DNA of 48,830 nucleotides from Corallococcus sp. AB045 (GTDB lineage Bacteria; Myxococcota; Myxococcia; Myxococcales; Myxococcaceae): NCBI RefSeq assembly GCF_003668895.1, contig NZ_RAWN01000061.1, positions 1 to 48,830 of the forward strand, read 5' to 3'. Shown piece by piece: positions 25,701 to 34,585 of this stretch (position 1 is its first letter; each line of letters starts with the position of its first letter). The notes under the pieces were generated by a model. It saw only the letters and a program-made list of their open reading frames with translations, ran no database searches and was not told where the DNA came from. The position numbers and the translations under genes were made by a program.

Positions 25701-28700
25701 CCGTGCGCCGTCATGCGCGCCAGCACGCCGCCTTCCTCCGCCATGCGCGCCAGGAACCCCAGCTTGAGCAGCTTCGTGCCCATGCCCGCGGTGGCCACGG
25801 AGGCGAGCGCATCCACGGCGCCCACGCCCGCGTCGGTGGCGGCCTCCTCCCAGCCGTAGGCGCTGCCCTTCAGGGCGGCCTTGGTCAGCATCGTCACCGC
25901 GGCCGTCGCCACCGCCGTGCCCACCAGCACCGGCGTGCTGGCCATGAACGCGCCGAACGCGGCCCAGAACCCCGCGCCCGCGGGGGGGAAGAAGATGCTG
26001 ACGATGACGCCGATGATGACCACCACCGCCATCACCACCACGGAGAGGATGGTCACCAGCCGGTCGGTGATGAAGTCCACCTGCTCGCGGTGCATCTGCA
26101 CCGCCTCGTCCGCGTAGTCCCCCTGGCGCTGCACGCGCTCGGACTTCTTCTCCCAGTCGTCCTGCCACGTGCGCAGCCCGTCGACGGTGTAGTTCTTGTC
26201 CCCGGGCTTGGGGCGCATCCGCTCGTGCAGCTCCAGCGCGCTCACCTCGGCGTCGAGCGCGGACGCCTGGTCCAGCACCAGCTGGTACTCCGACGACGCC
26301 ATGCTGTTGGTGGAGCGCGCCTCGAAGTGCACCCGGCGCCAGGCCCGGTCCGCCTTCTCCCGGGGCGTGACGGGCTCGCCGTAGTCCACCATGTCCATGA
26401 TGTCGAACTCTTCGCGCCCGCTCAGCTCCTCGTCGATGCGATCGCGGAAGCGCTCGAAGGGCGTGCGCGTGTCACCAGGATCGGCGGGGTGGTCCTTGGC
26501 CCACTCCTCGGCCATGGCTTGAATCTCCGCCTTTGTCTTTCCTGCGAAGACCTCCTTGAGCGCGTCCTCGTCCGTGCCTACGCCCTGCACGGCGTACTGA
26601 ACGATTTCGGCGTCGGTGAGGTAGCCCTTCTGCAGCATCGCCGCGACGGCGTCGCGGTCCGCGCCGGAGGTGTCCATCAGGACGGCCTGCTCGAAGCCCG
26701 CCTGCAGGTGTGTGCCTTCCACGTAGGCGCTGTCGTACTCGGCCGCCAGCGCCTTCATGTTCGCCTGGGCGTCAGCCTGGGCCTGGGCCTTCGCCTTGTC
26801 GTCCACCTCCTTGCGTTCCTTCGTGACGCGGGCCTGGACCTTCTCCGGGCTCCACTTCTCCAGGAACTCCAGCTCGCTGATGCGGCCCTTGCGGCGGTCC
26901 TCCTCCGTGAGCGGGCCCTCGCTGGCGGGTTTGACCTTCGCCTCGTCCAGGCTGCGCTCGATGTCCAGCCGCTCCTGGACGTCCAGGTATCCGTCGCGGC
27001 GCGCGTCGGCGATCTGCCGCTTGCCCTGCGCGGACATGGCGTCGCGGATGATCTTGTCGTCCGCGTAGAGGATGCTGGTGTGCTCGATGCGGATGCGCGC
27101 GGCATCCACCTGGAGTCCCTTGTCGTCGCGCAGGCCCTCGATGAGCTTGAGGTCCTCGCCCTTCATCTCGTCGTGGAACGCGGCGCTGAGCGCGCTCTCG
27201 CCCGCGGTGCGCTGGGTCCAATCCGTGCCGTATTGCTGCTCATACGACGCGTCGATGGCCTGGTTGCGCTTGAGCAGCTCCGCGCGGAATGTCTTGGTGT
27301 CCCAGCCGTACTGCTGCGCGTCTGCTTCCGTCTCCTTGCGGATGCGGTCGTAGACGCCCTCCATGGCCTTGCGGTCGGTGCCCAGGCCAAAGAACCACCC
27401 GCCGCGCATGGCGCGGTCCATCTCGATGGCGCGCGCGTCCTCGGTGCGGCCCTCCACCAGGGCGTGCATCTCGTCCGCGTCGTGCGTCGTGCGCGCGCCG
27501 CTGCGCAGCTCGTCGTCCATCTGGGCGACGAGGTCCTTGCCGTATTTCTGCTGGTAGGCCTTCTTGATGACTTCGATCTGCTCCGGCGTCTTGCCGCGAA
27601 GCAGGTTGAAGATGGCGTCCTCGTCCGTGCCCCAGCCGGTCCCGAGGAAGGTGCCCTCCATGGCGTCGTTCAGCTCGACGGCGGCGGCCTTGGCGGCGTT
27701 GCCGGAGAGCAGGGCTTCCGCCCTGTCCCAGTCATGCGTGGTGGTGCTGAAGAAGTCGTCCAGCTCGCTCTTGAGCCGCTCGCGCAGGTTCTCGTCGTGC
27801 TCCTGCTGGTAGAGGAGCTCGATGTAGTGGCCCTGCAGCGGGTTGAGGTTGGCGAGCGCGTCGAAGATCTTCTTCTCGTCCGTGCCCCACTGGTCCACGC
27901 CCTCCCAGACCTTGAGGGAGATGTTGCGGGCGCGGTTGCTGAAGAGGGGCTCCTGCTGGTCGACGACGACCTTCAACCGCTCCAGGTCGGTGGACGCGAG
28001 CAGCTCCTTCTCCAGGGCCTCCATCAGCGGCTTGCGGCGCTGGCCGATGATGCGCACGGCAAGGCCCTCCGCGAGCGCCTGCACCGCGTCCTTGCCACCC
28101 TTGCCGTAGTAGGAGAGCAGGATGGCCTGCTGCTCCTCGCTGAGGGCGTGGTTGCCCTTGATGGTCTCCGCGTCCAGCTCCTCGCCCTGGCGCAGGCGCA
28201 CCTCCGCGAGGAACAGCATGTTCTGATCCAACGACGTCTTGTTCTCCGCCGCGCGAGCGGCCTCCCACGCGCGGCTCTCGTCGTGGGCGACGTCCAGCCA
28301 GTCGATGATCCACCCGAGCAGCCGGTCCCAGAATCCGCGCTCGTAGCCGATCTGCTTCGCATGCCAGTCGCGGATGACCTCCCGGGCCTCCTTGCCGGCG
28401 TCGCGCAGCTCCTGCTGGTAGCGCTCCACGCTCTGGTCGATGTCGCGCTTCGCCTTCGCGACGACAGCGCCAATCTCCTTGCGGCGGTCGTCCAGCCACT
28501 TCTTGGTGGGGCGGTACGCCTCCGTGGCCGCCTTGAGCTTCACCGGATCATCGCCGGCGTCCTTCTTGAGTTCCCACTCGTCCTGGAGCGCGGCGAGCTC
28601 GTAGGCGTGCATCTGGTCGGTCGCGGCCTTAGCGAAGGCTTCCTTGAAGCGCTTGCCGTTCTGGTCGTACCGGACGACCCAGTTGCTCACCTTGGTGTCC

Positions 28701-30856
28701 ACGGCCGCGATGAGCGCGTCGCGCTTGCGTCGGGCCTCGGTCAGGTCGACGCCGCCCTTGATGGCGGCGGCCTTGGCCTCGGACTGCGCGTCGAGCGAGG
28801 CGCGCATGCGCGACAGGGCGTCGGCGAAGGACTTGCCGCCCTCCTCCAGACTCTTCTTCGCCTCCTCGTGGGCCTTGCTGAGCGAGCCGGTGGTGGCGGC
28901 GTGCGAGTCCACCAGTTGCTTGCGGCGGGCCTCCACCTTCGCGTCCAGGTCCGCCTTCTTGATCTGCGCGGCGTCCGCGACGCGCTGGAGCTCCGCGGCG
29001 AAGATAGGCCGTTCGGCGGCGATGAGCGGCACGCCCCAGGACGCATCCAGGCCGCCCGGGACATAGGCCTCGCGGGCCTTCTGGACGGAGGCATCGGCGT
29101 ACTTGTCCGGAGCGGCGAGCAGCCGCGCCAGCACGTCGCCAATGTCCACGCGAGCGAAGTCGGGGACGTTGATGGGCGCGGGGGCGGCCTGTTCGAGGAC
29201 GGTGATGCCCTTCGCGGGTTCCTTGGGTTGGACCTTCGCCTTCTTCTGCTTGTCGGCCTCGGCGGTGATCTTCTTCTGGAGGCGCGTCCAGTCCTTGAGC
29301 TTCTCCGGGTCGGTGGGCTTGGGGCCGCCGGGCTTGTAGACGATGTCGCCGAGCGGGCCCTTGATGAGCGTGTGCCCGCCGTCGTCGCGCATGAGCTGCG
29401 CGCCAATCTCCGGCACATGGCCCAGCGGGCTCTTCAGCAGGTCGGGGAGCCTGGCGTCCTTGACCTCCAGCTTCCGTTCGCACTTCGCATCCACCAGGGA
29501 GGAGGCCTTGCCGGTGGGGTCGTCCGGGATGGCCGGAAGGTCCTTCGGCTGCTTCGCCGGGGTGATGGCCTTCTTGCCTTCGTCCTCCAGTTGCTTGAGG
29601 CGCGCGGCGCGGACCGCGTTGGGGTCCACGGCGGCCTGGATGATCTTGAACGTGTAGCGGGGCGCCGGAGGAAGCTGGGGCTCCGGGACCCGAGCCGTGC
29701 TGCTGGCGATGCGGCCCTTCCATGCGGCGACCGGATCCGCGTCCGTGCCCATCACCGGGGCAGTGGGGATGGGCCCTGCCGTGACAGGTGCGGCCGGAGC
29801 AGGAGGCGGAGCGGGAAGGCGGGCAGGGGGCTCCACCGCCGCGACGGCGCCCGTCGGATCCGGTGCGGTTTCGAGACCGTGATTGATGCCCTGGACGCCC
29901 TGCGCGTGGGCCGCGGCCAGTTGCTTCTGCCAGTCCATCGCGGCCGGAGGTGCGGGCACCATCGGGCGCGCTTCGGGGAGGCCCGTGTCGACCGTGGCAT
30001 CCGTCTGGATGGAAGGAGGCTCCCGGGGCCCTGTGCCAGGGGATGCCTGACGGACGACGATGTGGACATCGCTCTCGCTGGACAGAGCGGTCACCAGCGT
30101 GTCGATGCGCGCGGCGTCGTCCATGCCGCCGGGAGCCGTCCCCGTGGGGATGGATGCGGGCGCGGGAGCTTGATCCGGCGTTGCCAGTTCGCCGCCCGCG
30201 CTGGGCGCATCGACGGTGGTCGCCGCGATGTCCTCGGGCGCAGGAGAAGTGCTGCCCCCAAGTCCCGCCGCTTCCGCCTCTTCAGTGTCCGCAGCGGGTG
30301 CGAGGTCTGAAGCACGGGCCTCGGCGAGCCGAGCGGCGGTGTCTCCGAGCTGTTCAGCGGAGCCCGGAGGCAGGACGGCCATGCGTGCCGCATCACGCCG
30401 TCGAGCGTCCTCCTCCTGCTGCGCAAGGGTCGCGGGCTGGGACGCGCCAGCCGCCTGCGCGAGCCCGGTGTTCGGCTGGGGTGAGAGTCCGTGGATGCCC
30501 AGCTCCGCCTCGATGGCGCCGGGCGTGGAGAGCAGCGCGACCTCCGGCGGGTGGACCGGGCACGGCTCGAAGAGGTGCGAGCGCGGACCGCCCAGCGTGC
30601 GCCACGCCGGGTCGCTCCAGCGGCGCTCCAGGTCGCGCGCGGCATCGCGAAGCACGGGCCCATGGAGGGCAGGCGCCGCGCCCTTCAGTGACGCGAGCCG
30701 TGCCGCCAGCTCACGCGCGGGATTGGACGAGGAGGGGCCCCGGGGAACGACACCCGGAGCACGGGGAAGGGCCGCGGAGGACGAGGGAGTGCGCCCGGAG
30801 CTCTTCCGGAGCATGGCCTTGGCGGAGGCCTTCGGGCCCTGATCACGGATGCGCAC
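22715..30856 (-). CDS. Giant multidomain protein (2713 aa). It has a ~400-aa Ala/Pro-rich disordered N-terminus, four or more annexin-like repeats, a double hydrophobic TM segment and a C-terminal region with an HExxH (HETRH) motif. It is a candidate cargo/effector of the adjacent ATPase and baseplate system.
   Basis: GTG start at 30856, 32 nt after the ATPase stop. Alternative in-frame ATG lies 14 codons downstream. Annexin-type GxGTDE repeats are at about 26.56-27.9 kb (GWGTDEDAIFNLLRGKTPEQIEVIKKAYQQKYGKDL; GLGTDRKAMEGVYDRI; GVGTDEDALKEVFAGKTKAEIQAMAEEW; QWGTDEKKIFDALANL). The TM segment ILSVVVMAVVVIIGVIVSIFF...FGAFMASTPVLVGTAVATAAVTML is at about 25.88-26.06 kb. HETRH is at 22918-22932. 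The antisense ORF 22814..30310 is Arg/Leu/Gly/His-rich junk. Confidence 0.75.
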   Translation of the reverse strand: MRIRDQGPKASAKAMLRKSSGRTPSSSAALPRAPGVVPRGPSSSNPARELAARLASLKGAAPALHGPVLRDAARDLERRWSDPAWRTLGGPRSHLFEPCPVHPPEVALLSTPGAIEAELGIHGLSPQPNTGLAQAAGASQPATLAQQEEDARRRDAARMAVLPPGSAEQLGDTAARLAEARASDLAPAADTEEAEAAGLGGSTSPAPEDIAATTVDAPSAGGELATPDQAPAPASIPTGTAPGGMDDAARIDTLVTALSSESDVHIVVRQASPGTGPREPPSIQTDATVDTGLPEARPMVPAPPAAMDWQKQLAAAHAQGVQGINHGLETAPDPTGAVAAVEPPARLPAPPPAPAAPVTAGPIPTAPVMGTDADPVAAWKGRIASSTARVPEPQLPPAPRYTFKIIQAAVDPNAVRAARLKQLEDEGKKAITPAKQPKDLPAIPDDPTGKASSLVDAKCERKLEVKDARLPDLLKSPLGHVPEIGAQLMRDDGGHTLIKGPLGDIVYKPGGPKPTDPEKLKDWTRLQKKITAEADKQKKAKVQPKEPAKGITVLEQAAPAPINVPDFARVDIGDVLARLLAAPDKYADASVQKAREAYVPGGLDASWGVPLIAAERPIFAAELQRVADAAQIKKADLDAKVEARRKQLVDSHAATTGSLSKAHEEAKKSLEEGGKSFADALSRMRASLDAQSEAKAAAIKGGVDLTEARRKRDALIAAVDTKVSNWVVRYDQNGKRFKEAFAKAATDQMHAYELAALQDEWELKKDAGDDPVKLKAATEAYRPTKKWLDDRRKEIGAVVAKAKRDIDQSVERYQQELRDAGKEAREVIRDWHAKQIGYERGFWDRLLGWIIDWLDVAHDESRAWEAARAAENKTSLDQNMLFLAEVRLRQGEELDAETIKGNHALSEEQQAILLSYYGKGGKDAVQALAEGLAVRIIGQRRKPLMEALEKELLASTDLERLKVVVDQQEPLFSNRARNISLKVWEGVDQWGTDEKKIFDALANLNPLQGHYIELLYQQEHDENLRERLKSELDDFFSTTTHDWDRAEALLSGNAAKAAAVELNDAMEGTFLGTGWGTDEDAIFNLLRGKTPEQIEVIKKAYQQKYGKDLVAQMDDELRSGARTTHDADEMHALVEGRTEDARAIEMDRAMRGGWFFGLGTDRKAMEGVYDRIRKETEADAQQYGWDTKTFRAELLKRNQAIDASYEQQYGTDWTQRTAGESALSAAFHDEMKGEDLKLIEGLRDDKGLQVDAARIRIEHTSILYADDKIIRDAMSAQGKRQIADARRDGYLDVQERLDIERSLDEAKVKPASEGPLTEEDRRKGRISELEFLEKWSPEKVQARVTKERKEVDDKAKAQAQADAQANMKALAAEYDSAYVEGTHLQAGFEQAVLMDTSGADRDAVAAMLQKGYLTDAEIVQYAVQGVGTDEDALKEVFAGKTKAEIQAMAEEWAKDHPADPGDTRTPFERFRDRIDEELSGREEFDIMDMVDYGEPVTPREKADRAWRRVHFEARSTNSMASSEYQLVLDQASALDAEVSALELHERMRPKPGDKNYTVDGLRTWQDDWEKKSERVQRQGDYADEAVQMHREQVDFITDRLVTILSVVVMAVVVIIGVIVSIFFPPAGAGFWAAFGAFMASTPVLVGTAVATAAVTMLTKAALKGSAYGWEEAATDAGVGAVDALASVATAGMGTKLLKLGFLARMAEEGGVLARMTAHGLAQGAEGLAQAVPSAFLGNVLNDENYKGGNALFNVLAGTAMQAAPGAVMAGGLGALGGISKPHVPPRTQDLLHFRGTPKERLTLFKKWKAENPAGDMKEFLREFDDGLLKQMSGDFDRQQLQRAMRKELLEHIPPAQRKAFANTPIEMLSEGDFESLTGSKSAQAVTMFRRGKPTIIIKAGADLSDLGEEGLHLLQRHDKATRELVRSLDETALRHWDQLPIEKQFELYRKKLRLEIAAQESLLTSLEGKRGVTLEPAEATRRIRQGEKTLANLRQRMKEVDAFTPVEMAEFGQGVRSKPQYLNEPPRLFGKKKPPEAPLAPEGKPPEVEGARQLEMEFHAAKPVKPPEPEVPTPRQLEMGFPAEKPPEVVVPETKPPAVEAPKPTGEPEVPKGALAEGDWPQTFDVHPNEDVGPFSLQRPDLNDPRIGLVERTPLTGKLLKRTTQKLNPGETLAQVGPAWEELKFVKKGRVYERRYYRLVEKTDTNGEKHLFEEILSARSGNRWETRGEFARREGNELEKVASLRMTEANLGDRLGPGKEFQRVTFKPKGKQDSGFDELLFQFDDGVNPTKADVHIMEVKGGKDEPRFRKFTSTGENLPGNLKQLRAALDDPNWRRSQQLSPRHAAVVRDALDAWRVRIEVRIGPKTEMPPQLLSKRIERAASAWRELDLLTQHLPPGAEDLALVKRLKADLRTALKSGNVDIADRAFDRIEAIVNGATPGEGLFAKHGIELDPRPPMMRGLDPNEVAGTIVRIDEKFMPPPPVKTASVEDVVDVVTGLDETKRVRNRIAGGRVLGWGDFDITESLQWKTRKLQAFERAQLRDIRDRLVQIPELDPKRFNALPPLEKELALREAAEATMEALGIPKSRRPEVLFKRLRGDYGYMSWNFRRLKGGRLKPYRKRGQLVIAKGLTVGEAVGTIVHETRHYYQAYQAYQLSLRRQAHPLAALWAGNLPGSGGTYHIAGPRYYSQPIEVDAETFGRRLIDLLPGRWPP

Positions 30857-30887
30857 GGTCCCCCCCGCACCATCAGTGCCGGGGACG

Positions 30888-33236
30888 CTAGGTCATCTCC
30901 ACATCGAGGACCAGCGAGGCCCGGATGGGATGTCCATGACTGCTCCAGAATCGGTGGAGCAGGTCGAAGTCATAACTCTCCTGGACGCGAGGTGTGAGCT
31001 TGCGACCATCCAGCTCGTGCGGAAGGCCACGTGAGAGCAGCCCATGCAGCACGCCGAGCAGCTCATGTTCCTCCTCCGCGCGGTGGGACCACGCGGAGAC
31101 GATGAGCCCCAGCCGCAGCGCACCGTTCTGGGTGACCGCCAGCCGGTAGAGCGCGAGCGACACAGCGGGCCGCTTCCCCGCGAGCGCCTCCCGGGTGGGA
31201 GAGCCGTGGAGGATGTGGACCTCCTTGAGGAAGTGTTGTCTGAGCTGCGAATCCAGTGCCTCCTGGAACACTTCCGCCACGCGCCGCAAGCGTGTGCCCG
31301 CATCCGAGGGAGCATCCGCCTCCGGACGCCGCGAGAGCCGGCCCAGCTCATACAACTCCAGCGCGACGGCGCGCTCCAGGTGCTCCTGGGCCAGCGGTGC
31401 GCCGGCCTGTTCAGCGAGGAAGATGGCCTTGAGTGCGGCGTTGCGGATGTCACCGCCCGCCAGCCGGTGCCGCTGCGCCAGGCCCGCCAGATCGAGCGTC
31501 CCCGAGCGAGGAACGCCCTCCGGAAGCATCAGCTCCCAGATGCGGCGGCGCTCCTCGACCTCGGGGAAGGGGAACTCGATGCGTGCGTGGAAGCGGCGCA
31601 GGAACGCTTCGTCGATGGCCGTCTGAAGATTGGTGGCGAGGATGATCAGCCCGTCGTGGCGTTCGATGCGCTGGAGGAGGAAGCCGACCTCCAGGTTGGC
31701 GAAGCGATCATTGGCGTTGCTGACCTCCGTGCGCGCGGAGAACAGCGAGTCCGCCTCGTCGAAGAACAGCACGGCGCCGGAGCGCTCGCCGTGGGACAGC
31801 ACCTCATCGATGTTCTTCTCCGTCTCGCCCACGTACTTGCTGACGAGCCGGGACAGGTCGATGACGTACAGAGGCCGGCCCACCGCATGGGCGATGACCT
31901 CCGCGGCCAGGGTCTTGCCGGTGCCGGAGCGTCCGGAGAACAGCGCCACTGGGCCGGTGTGCAGCCGGAAGCGGCGAGACAGGCCCCGCTCCTCGGCGAC
32001 GCGGTCGCGCTGCGCCACGTAGAACAGCAAACGCTCCAAGGCCGCGCGAGTGGTGTCACGCACCACGAGCTCCGCGAACGTCCGCGACGCCTCCAGCCGG
32101 TAGCCATGGCGAAGAGGCACCTGGACGAGCCTCAAGCCAGCGGCACGAAGCGCCTCCGCGCCCCCGCCCGGAGCCGAGTCGAACACGCGGCGGATCTCCT
32201 GAAGCCCGCCCCGAAAGCCAGACGCCAGCCGTCCCGCCTCCGCCTCCGTCAATGACAGTCCCCGAGCCCGGGCTTCCTCCATCCACAGGGTCCGCCGCTG
32301 CACGAAGCCCAGAGCGGGAGCCTCATGGTGCGGCACGGCGACAGGCTGCGCGGAGTCCGCGAGCACCAGGGCCTGCCCGCCAAACCGCTGGCACAGCCCG
32401 GACAGCGTCTCCGTGACGGAGAGAGCCAGCCCCGGCTCAGCACCGGACATGTCCACGGCCAACAGCGCGCCGCGCACGGACGCCAGACGCCAAAGGGCCC
32501 GGGCCATGGGAACCGGCTCCGGAGCCCCCGCCCACCGAGCGACGACCAGCGGCACACCGGCTTCGCCAGCGAGTCCCAGCGCCACGCCCAGCCGTTCGCC
32601 CTCGCCATGCACGACGGCGAATGTCCCGCGCGAGGAGGAAGGCAGCACCTCCGGTCCATGCCATTCCAAAGAAAGCTCACCCATCACGGACGGACGGGGC
32701 AACTCCAGCAGGGCCTCGCGGACCTCCGGAGCCAGGTCCACGGGCCGGAGCATGGGAGGAAAAGCACCGGCGCCCGTCTGCAACAATCCACCGCCCACCA
32801 GGAGGCCGCTGTCGGTCAGTGACGCCAGCAACCGCTGCGCGCGAGCAGGCGTACGTCCCAGGACGGTGAGCAGCAACCGCTCCACGTTCCAGCCCTGCGC
32901 GGTCTCGTCCTGGAGCACGGCGAACAGGCGCGAATACCGAGGCTCCAGCCACGTCGCGAGCAGGAGCAGCAACGCCTCCTCCTCCACGGTGTCCACGCGA
33001 AGCGAAGCCCGCAGGCGGGCGAAGGGAAGGGGAGGCGAAGTCCCCAGGAGCGGTGTCTCCGCGAGCGTCGAGCTGAAGGCGAGCTCCGCGGTGGAGGGGC
33101 GCACGGTGGTGCGCACGGCATCCCAGCCCGCTTCCTGTTCCCCCCGGAGCTTCGACGCGCGGGCCTCCTCCAGGTCACACACCTGGACGAGCAGCGCATC
33201 CAGACGCCTCAGCGTCTCCCCCCACAACGGATCCAT
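30888..33236 (-). CDS. Classical-clade AAA+ ATPase (782 aa) with a single C-terminal AAA module and a ~450-aa N-terminal region. It is similar in kind and position to eCIS Afp15/Pvc15-type ATPases.
   Basis: Walker A GRSGTGKT at about 31911-31934 and Walker B LFFDEAD at about 31752-31772. SKYVGETEKN and ILATN...RRF motifs are typical of the CDC48/FtsH-like clade. The start is chosen at ATG 33236 (MDPLWGE) with GGAGG 6 nt upstream. The ORF extends to 33329. Confidence 0.8.
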   Translation of the reverse strand: MDPLWGETLRRLDALLVQVCDLEEARASKLRGEQEAGWDAVRTTVRPSTAELAFSSTLAETPLLGTSPPLPFARLRASLRVDTVEEEALLLLLATWLEPRYSRLFAVLQDETAQGWNVERLLLTVLGRTPARAQRLLASLTDSGLLVGGGLLQTGAGAFPPMLRPVDLAPEVREALLELPRPSVMGELSLEWHGPEVLPSSSRGTFAVVHGEGERLGVALGLAGEAGVPLVVARWAGAPEPVPMARALWRLASVRGALLAVDMSGAEPGLALSVTETLSGLCQRFGGQALVLADSAQPVAVPHHEAPALGFVQRRTLWMEEARARGLSLTEAEAGRLASGFRGGLQEIRRVFDSAPGGGAEALRAAGLRLVQVPLRHGYRLEASRTFAELVVRDTTRAALERLLFYVAQRDRVAEERGLSRRFRLHTGPVALFSGRSGTGKTLAAEVIAHAVGRPLYVIDLSRLVSKYVGETEKNIDEVLSHGERSGAVLFFDEADSLFSARTEVSNANDRFANLEVGFLLQRIERHDGLIILATNLQTAIDEAFLRRFHARIEFPFPEVEERRRIWELMLPEGVPRSGTLDLAGLAQRHRLAGGDIRNAALKAIFLAEQAGAPLAQEHLERAVALELYELGRLSRRPEADAPSDAGTRLRRVAEVFQEALDSQLRQHFLKEVHILHGSPTREALAGKRPAVSLALYRLAVTQNGALRLGLIVSAWSHRAEEEHELLGVLHGLLSRGLPHELDGRKLTPRVQESYDFDLLHRFWSSHGHPIRASLVLDVEMT

Positions 33237-33382
33237 GGGCGCCTCCAGCCGGCCAGCATACGGAGGGCGGGTGGATCCGGCCATGGACGGGCCCGGAGGG
33301 CAGGTGCCACTGCGTTGGTATTCCGCCAATGGATTGGAGGAAGTGCTGACCGGGTGGCGGGGCGGGTGGTAGAGACCGGCAC

Positions 33383-33883
33383 ATGACTCAGAGCGGTACT
33401 GAAGGGGTGTCGGCCCTGGACTTCCGGGAGGCGATGTCCCGGTGGGCGAGCGGGGTGGCGGTGGTCTCCGTCCGTGATACGGACGGGATCGCGGCGACGA
33501 CGGTCAGCTCCTTCAGCTCCCTCTCCCTGACGCCTCCGCTCATCGTCCTGGCGCTGCAGCAGTCCTCCCGCACGCTCAAGCGCGTGGAGGCCGCCCGCCG
33601 CTTCAGTGTGAGCGTGCTGTCCACCATCCAACGCGACGTGTCGGTCCGCTGCGCGACGGGGGAGGCCGAAGGCCGGATGTTCGACGAAGGCGCCTTCGTG
33701 CAGGACAGCCTGGTGGGTCTGGCGTGCGCTCTGTTGGATGTGCACCGTTACGGCGATCACCTCTTGCTGGTGGGCCGTGTGGAGCGCATCCAGCGGGGAG
33801 TAGACGGAGAACCGTTGCTCTACTGGAACCGGGCGTATCGCGCGCTGACAGCGCACCCGGAGCCAGGGCCCGCCCCGAAGTAG
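33383..33883 (+). CDS. Flavin reductase family protein (FMN-binding split barrel, HpaC-like), 166 aa.
   Basis: FREAMSRWASGVAVVSVRDTDG...TVSSFSSLSLTPPLIVLAL matches the flavin reductase domain pattern. It is divergent from the ATPase gene with a 147-bp gap. Confidence 0.7.
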   Translation: MTQSGTEGVSALDFREAMSRWASGVAVVSVRDTDGIAATTVSSFSSLSLTPPLIVLALQQSSRTLKRVEAARRFSVSVLSTIQRDVSVRCATGEAEGRMFDEGAFVQDSLVGLACALLDVHRYGDHLLLVGRVERIQRGVDGEPLLYWNRAYRALTAHPEPGPAPK

Positions 33884-33928
33884 CGAACGAGTAGCCGAAT
33901 CTCACTGAACCCGGAAAGGACGCACCCG

Positions 33929-34513
33929 ATGCCCTTCACGCTGCCCGAGCTCCCGTACAAGAAGGACGCGCTGGCCCCTCACATGAGCCAGGAGACGCTG
34001 GAGTTCCACCACGACAAGCACCACGCGGCCTACGTCAACAAGCTCAACGAGCTGACCGCGGGCAAGACCGAGGCCACCAAGTCGCTGGAGGACGTCATCC
34101 TCAGCAGCGACGGCCCCGTGTTCAACAACGCGGCCCAGGTGTGGAACCACACCTTCTTCTGGAACTGCATGAAGCCGGCCGGCGGAGGCAAGCCGACGGG
34201 TGACATCGCGGCCGCCATCGACCGCGACTTCGGCTCCTACGACGAGTTCAAGAGGCAGTTCACCGAGGCCGCCATCACGCAGTTCGGCTCCGGCTGGGCC
34301 TGGCTGGTGAAGGACGGCAACAAGCTGGCCATCATGAAGACGTCCAACGCGGACCTGCCGATGAAGCACGGCAAGAAGGCCCTGCTCACCGTCGACGTCT
34401 GGGAGCACGCCTACTACATCGACTACCGCAACCTGCGCGCCAAGTTCGTCGAGGTCTTCCTCAACAGCCTCGTGAACTGGGACTTCGTGAACGAGAACCT
34501 GAAGAACGCCTGA
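33929..34513 (+). CDS. sodB: Superoxide dismutase, Fe-type (194 aa).
   Basis: LPELPY...HHDKHH..YV...N; FNNAAQVWNHTFFWNCM is the Fe-SOD-type signature, not the Mn-type (which has AGGHxNHSLFW); DVWEHAYYIDYRN is also present. Confidence 0.9.
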   Translation: MPFTLPELPYKKDALAPHMSQETLEFHHDKHHAAYVNKLNELTAGKTEATKSLEDVILSSDGPVFNNAAQVWNHTFFWNCMKPAGGGKPTGDIAAAIDRDFGSYDEFKRQFTEAAITQFGSGWAWLVKDGNKLAIMKTSNADLPMKHGKKALLTVDVWEHAYYIDYRNLRAKFVEVFLNSLVNWDFVNENLKNA

Positions 34514-34521
34514 CGTGAAGT

Positions 34522-34566
34522 GAAGTGACGGGAACCGCGCGGCCCGGCTCGGCACGGTCCGGAGCG
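34522..34566. terminator. Imperfect GC-rich hairpin between the convergent sodB and kinase genes. Weak terminator candidate.
   Basis: gaaccgcgc...(27 nt)...gcgcggttc followed by tctcgg. There is no clean U-tract on either strand. Confidence 0.25.
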
Positions 34567-34585
34567 GCGCGGTTCTCGGATGTGT

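Noticed and set aside
22814-30310. 2498-aa plus-strand ORF antisense to the giant minus-strand gene. Similar antisense ORFs lie opposite the ATPase (31044..32255), the kinase (34976..36040), MVP (40968..42521) and phhA (46913..48622).
   Set aside because: Same reasoning. The opposite strands carry recognisable domains (annexin repeats, AAA motifs, kinase motifs, MVP blocks, PAH iron site). These are junk-composition artefacts.
33236-33383. Sigma-54-type promoter (TGGCAC-N5-TTGC) in the ATPase / flavin-reductase divergent region. Also considered: longer ATPase start at 33329.
   Set aside because: TGGCAC occurs (ggcaggTGCCAc on the plus strand) but without a correctly spaced TTGC -12 element. 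The 33329 start lacks an SD, whereas ATG 33236 has GGAGG at -6.
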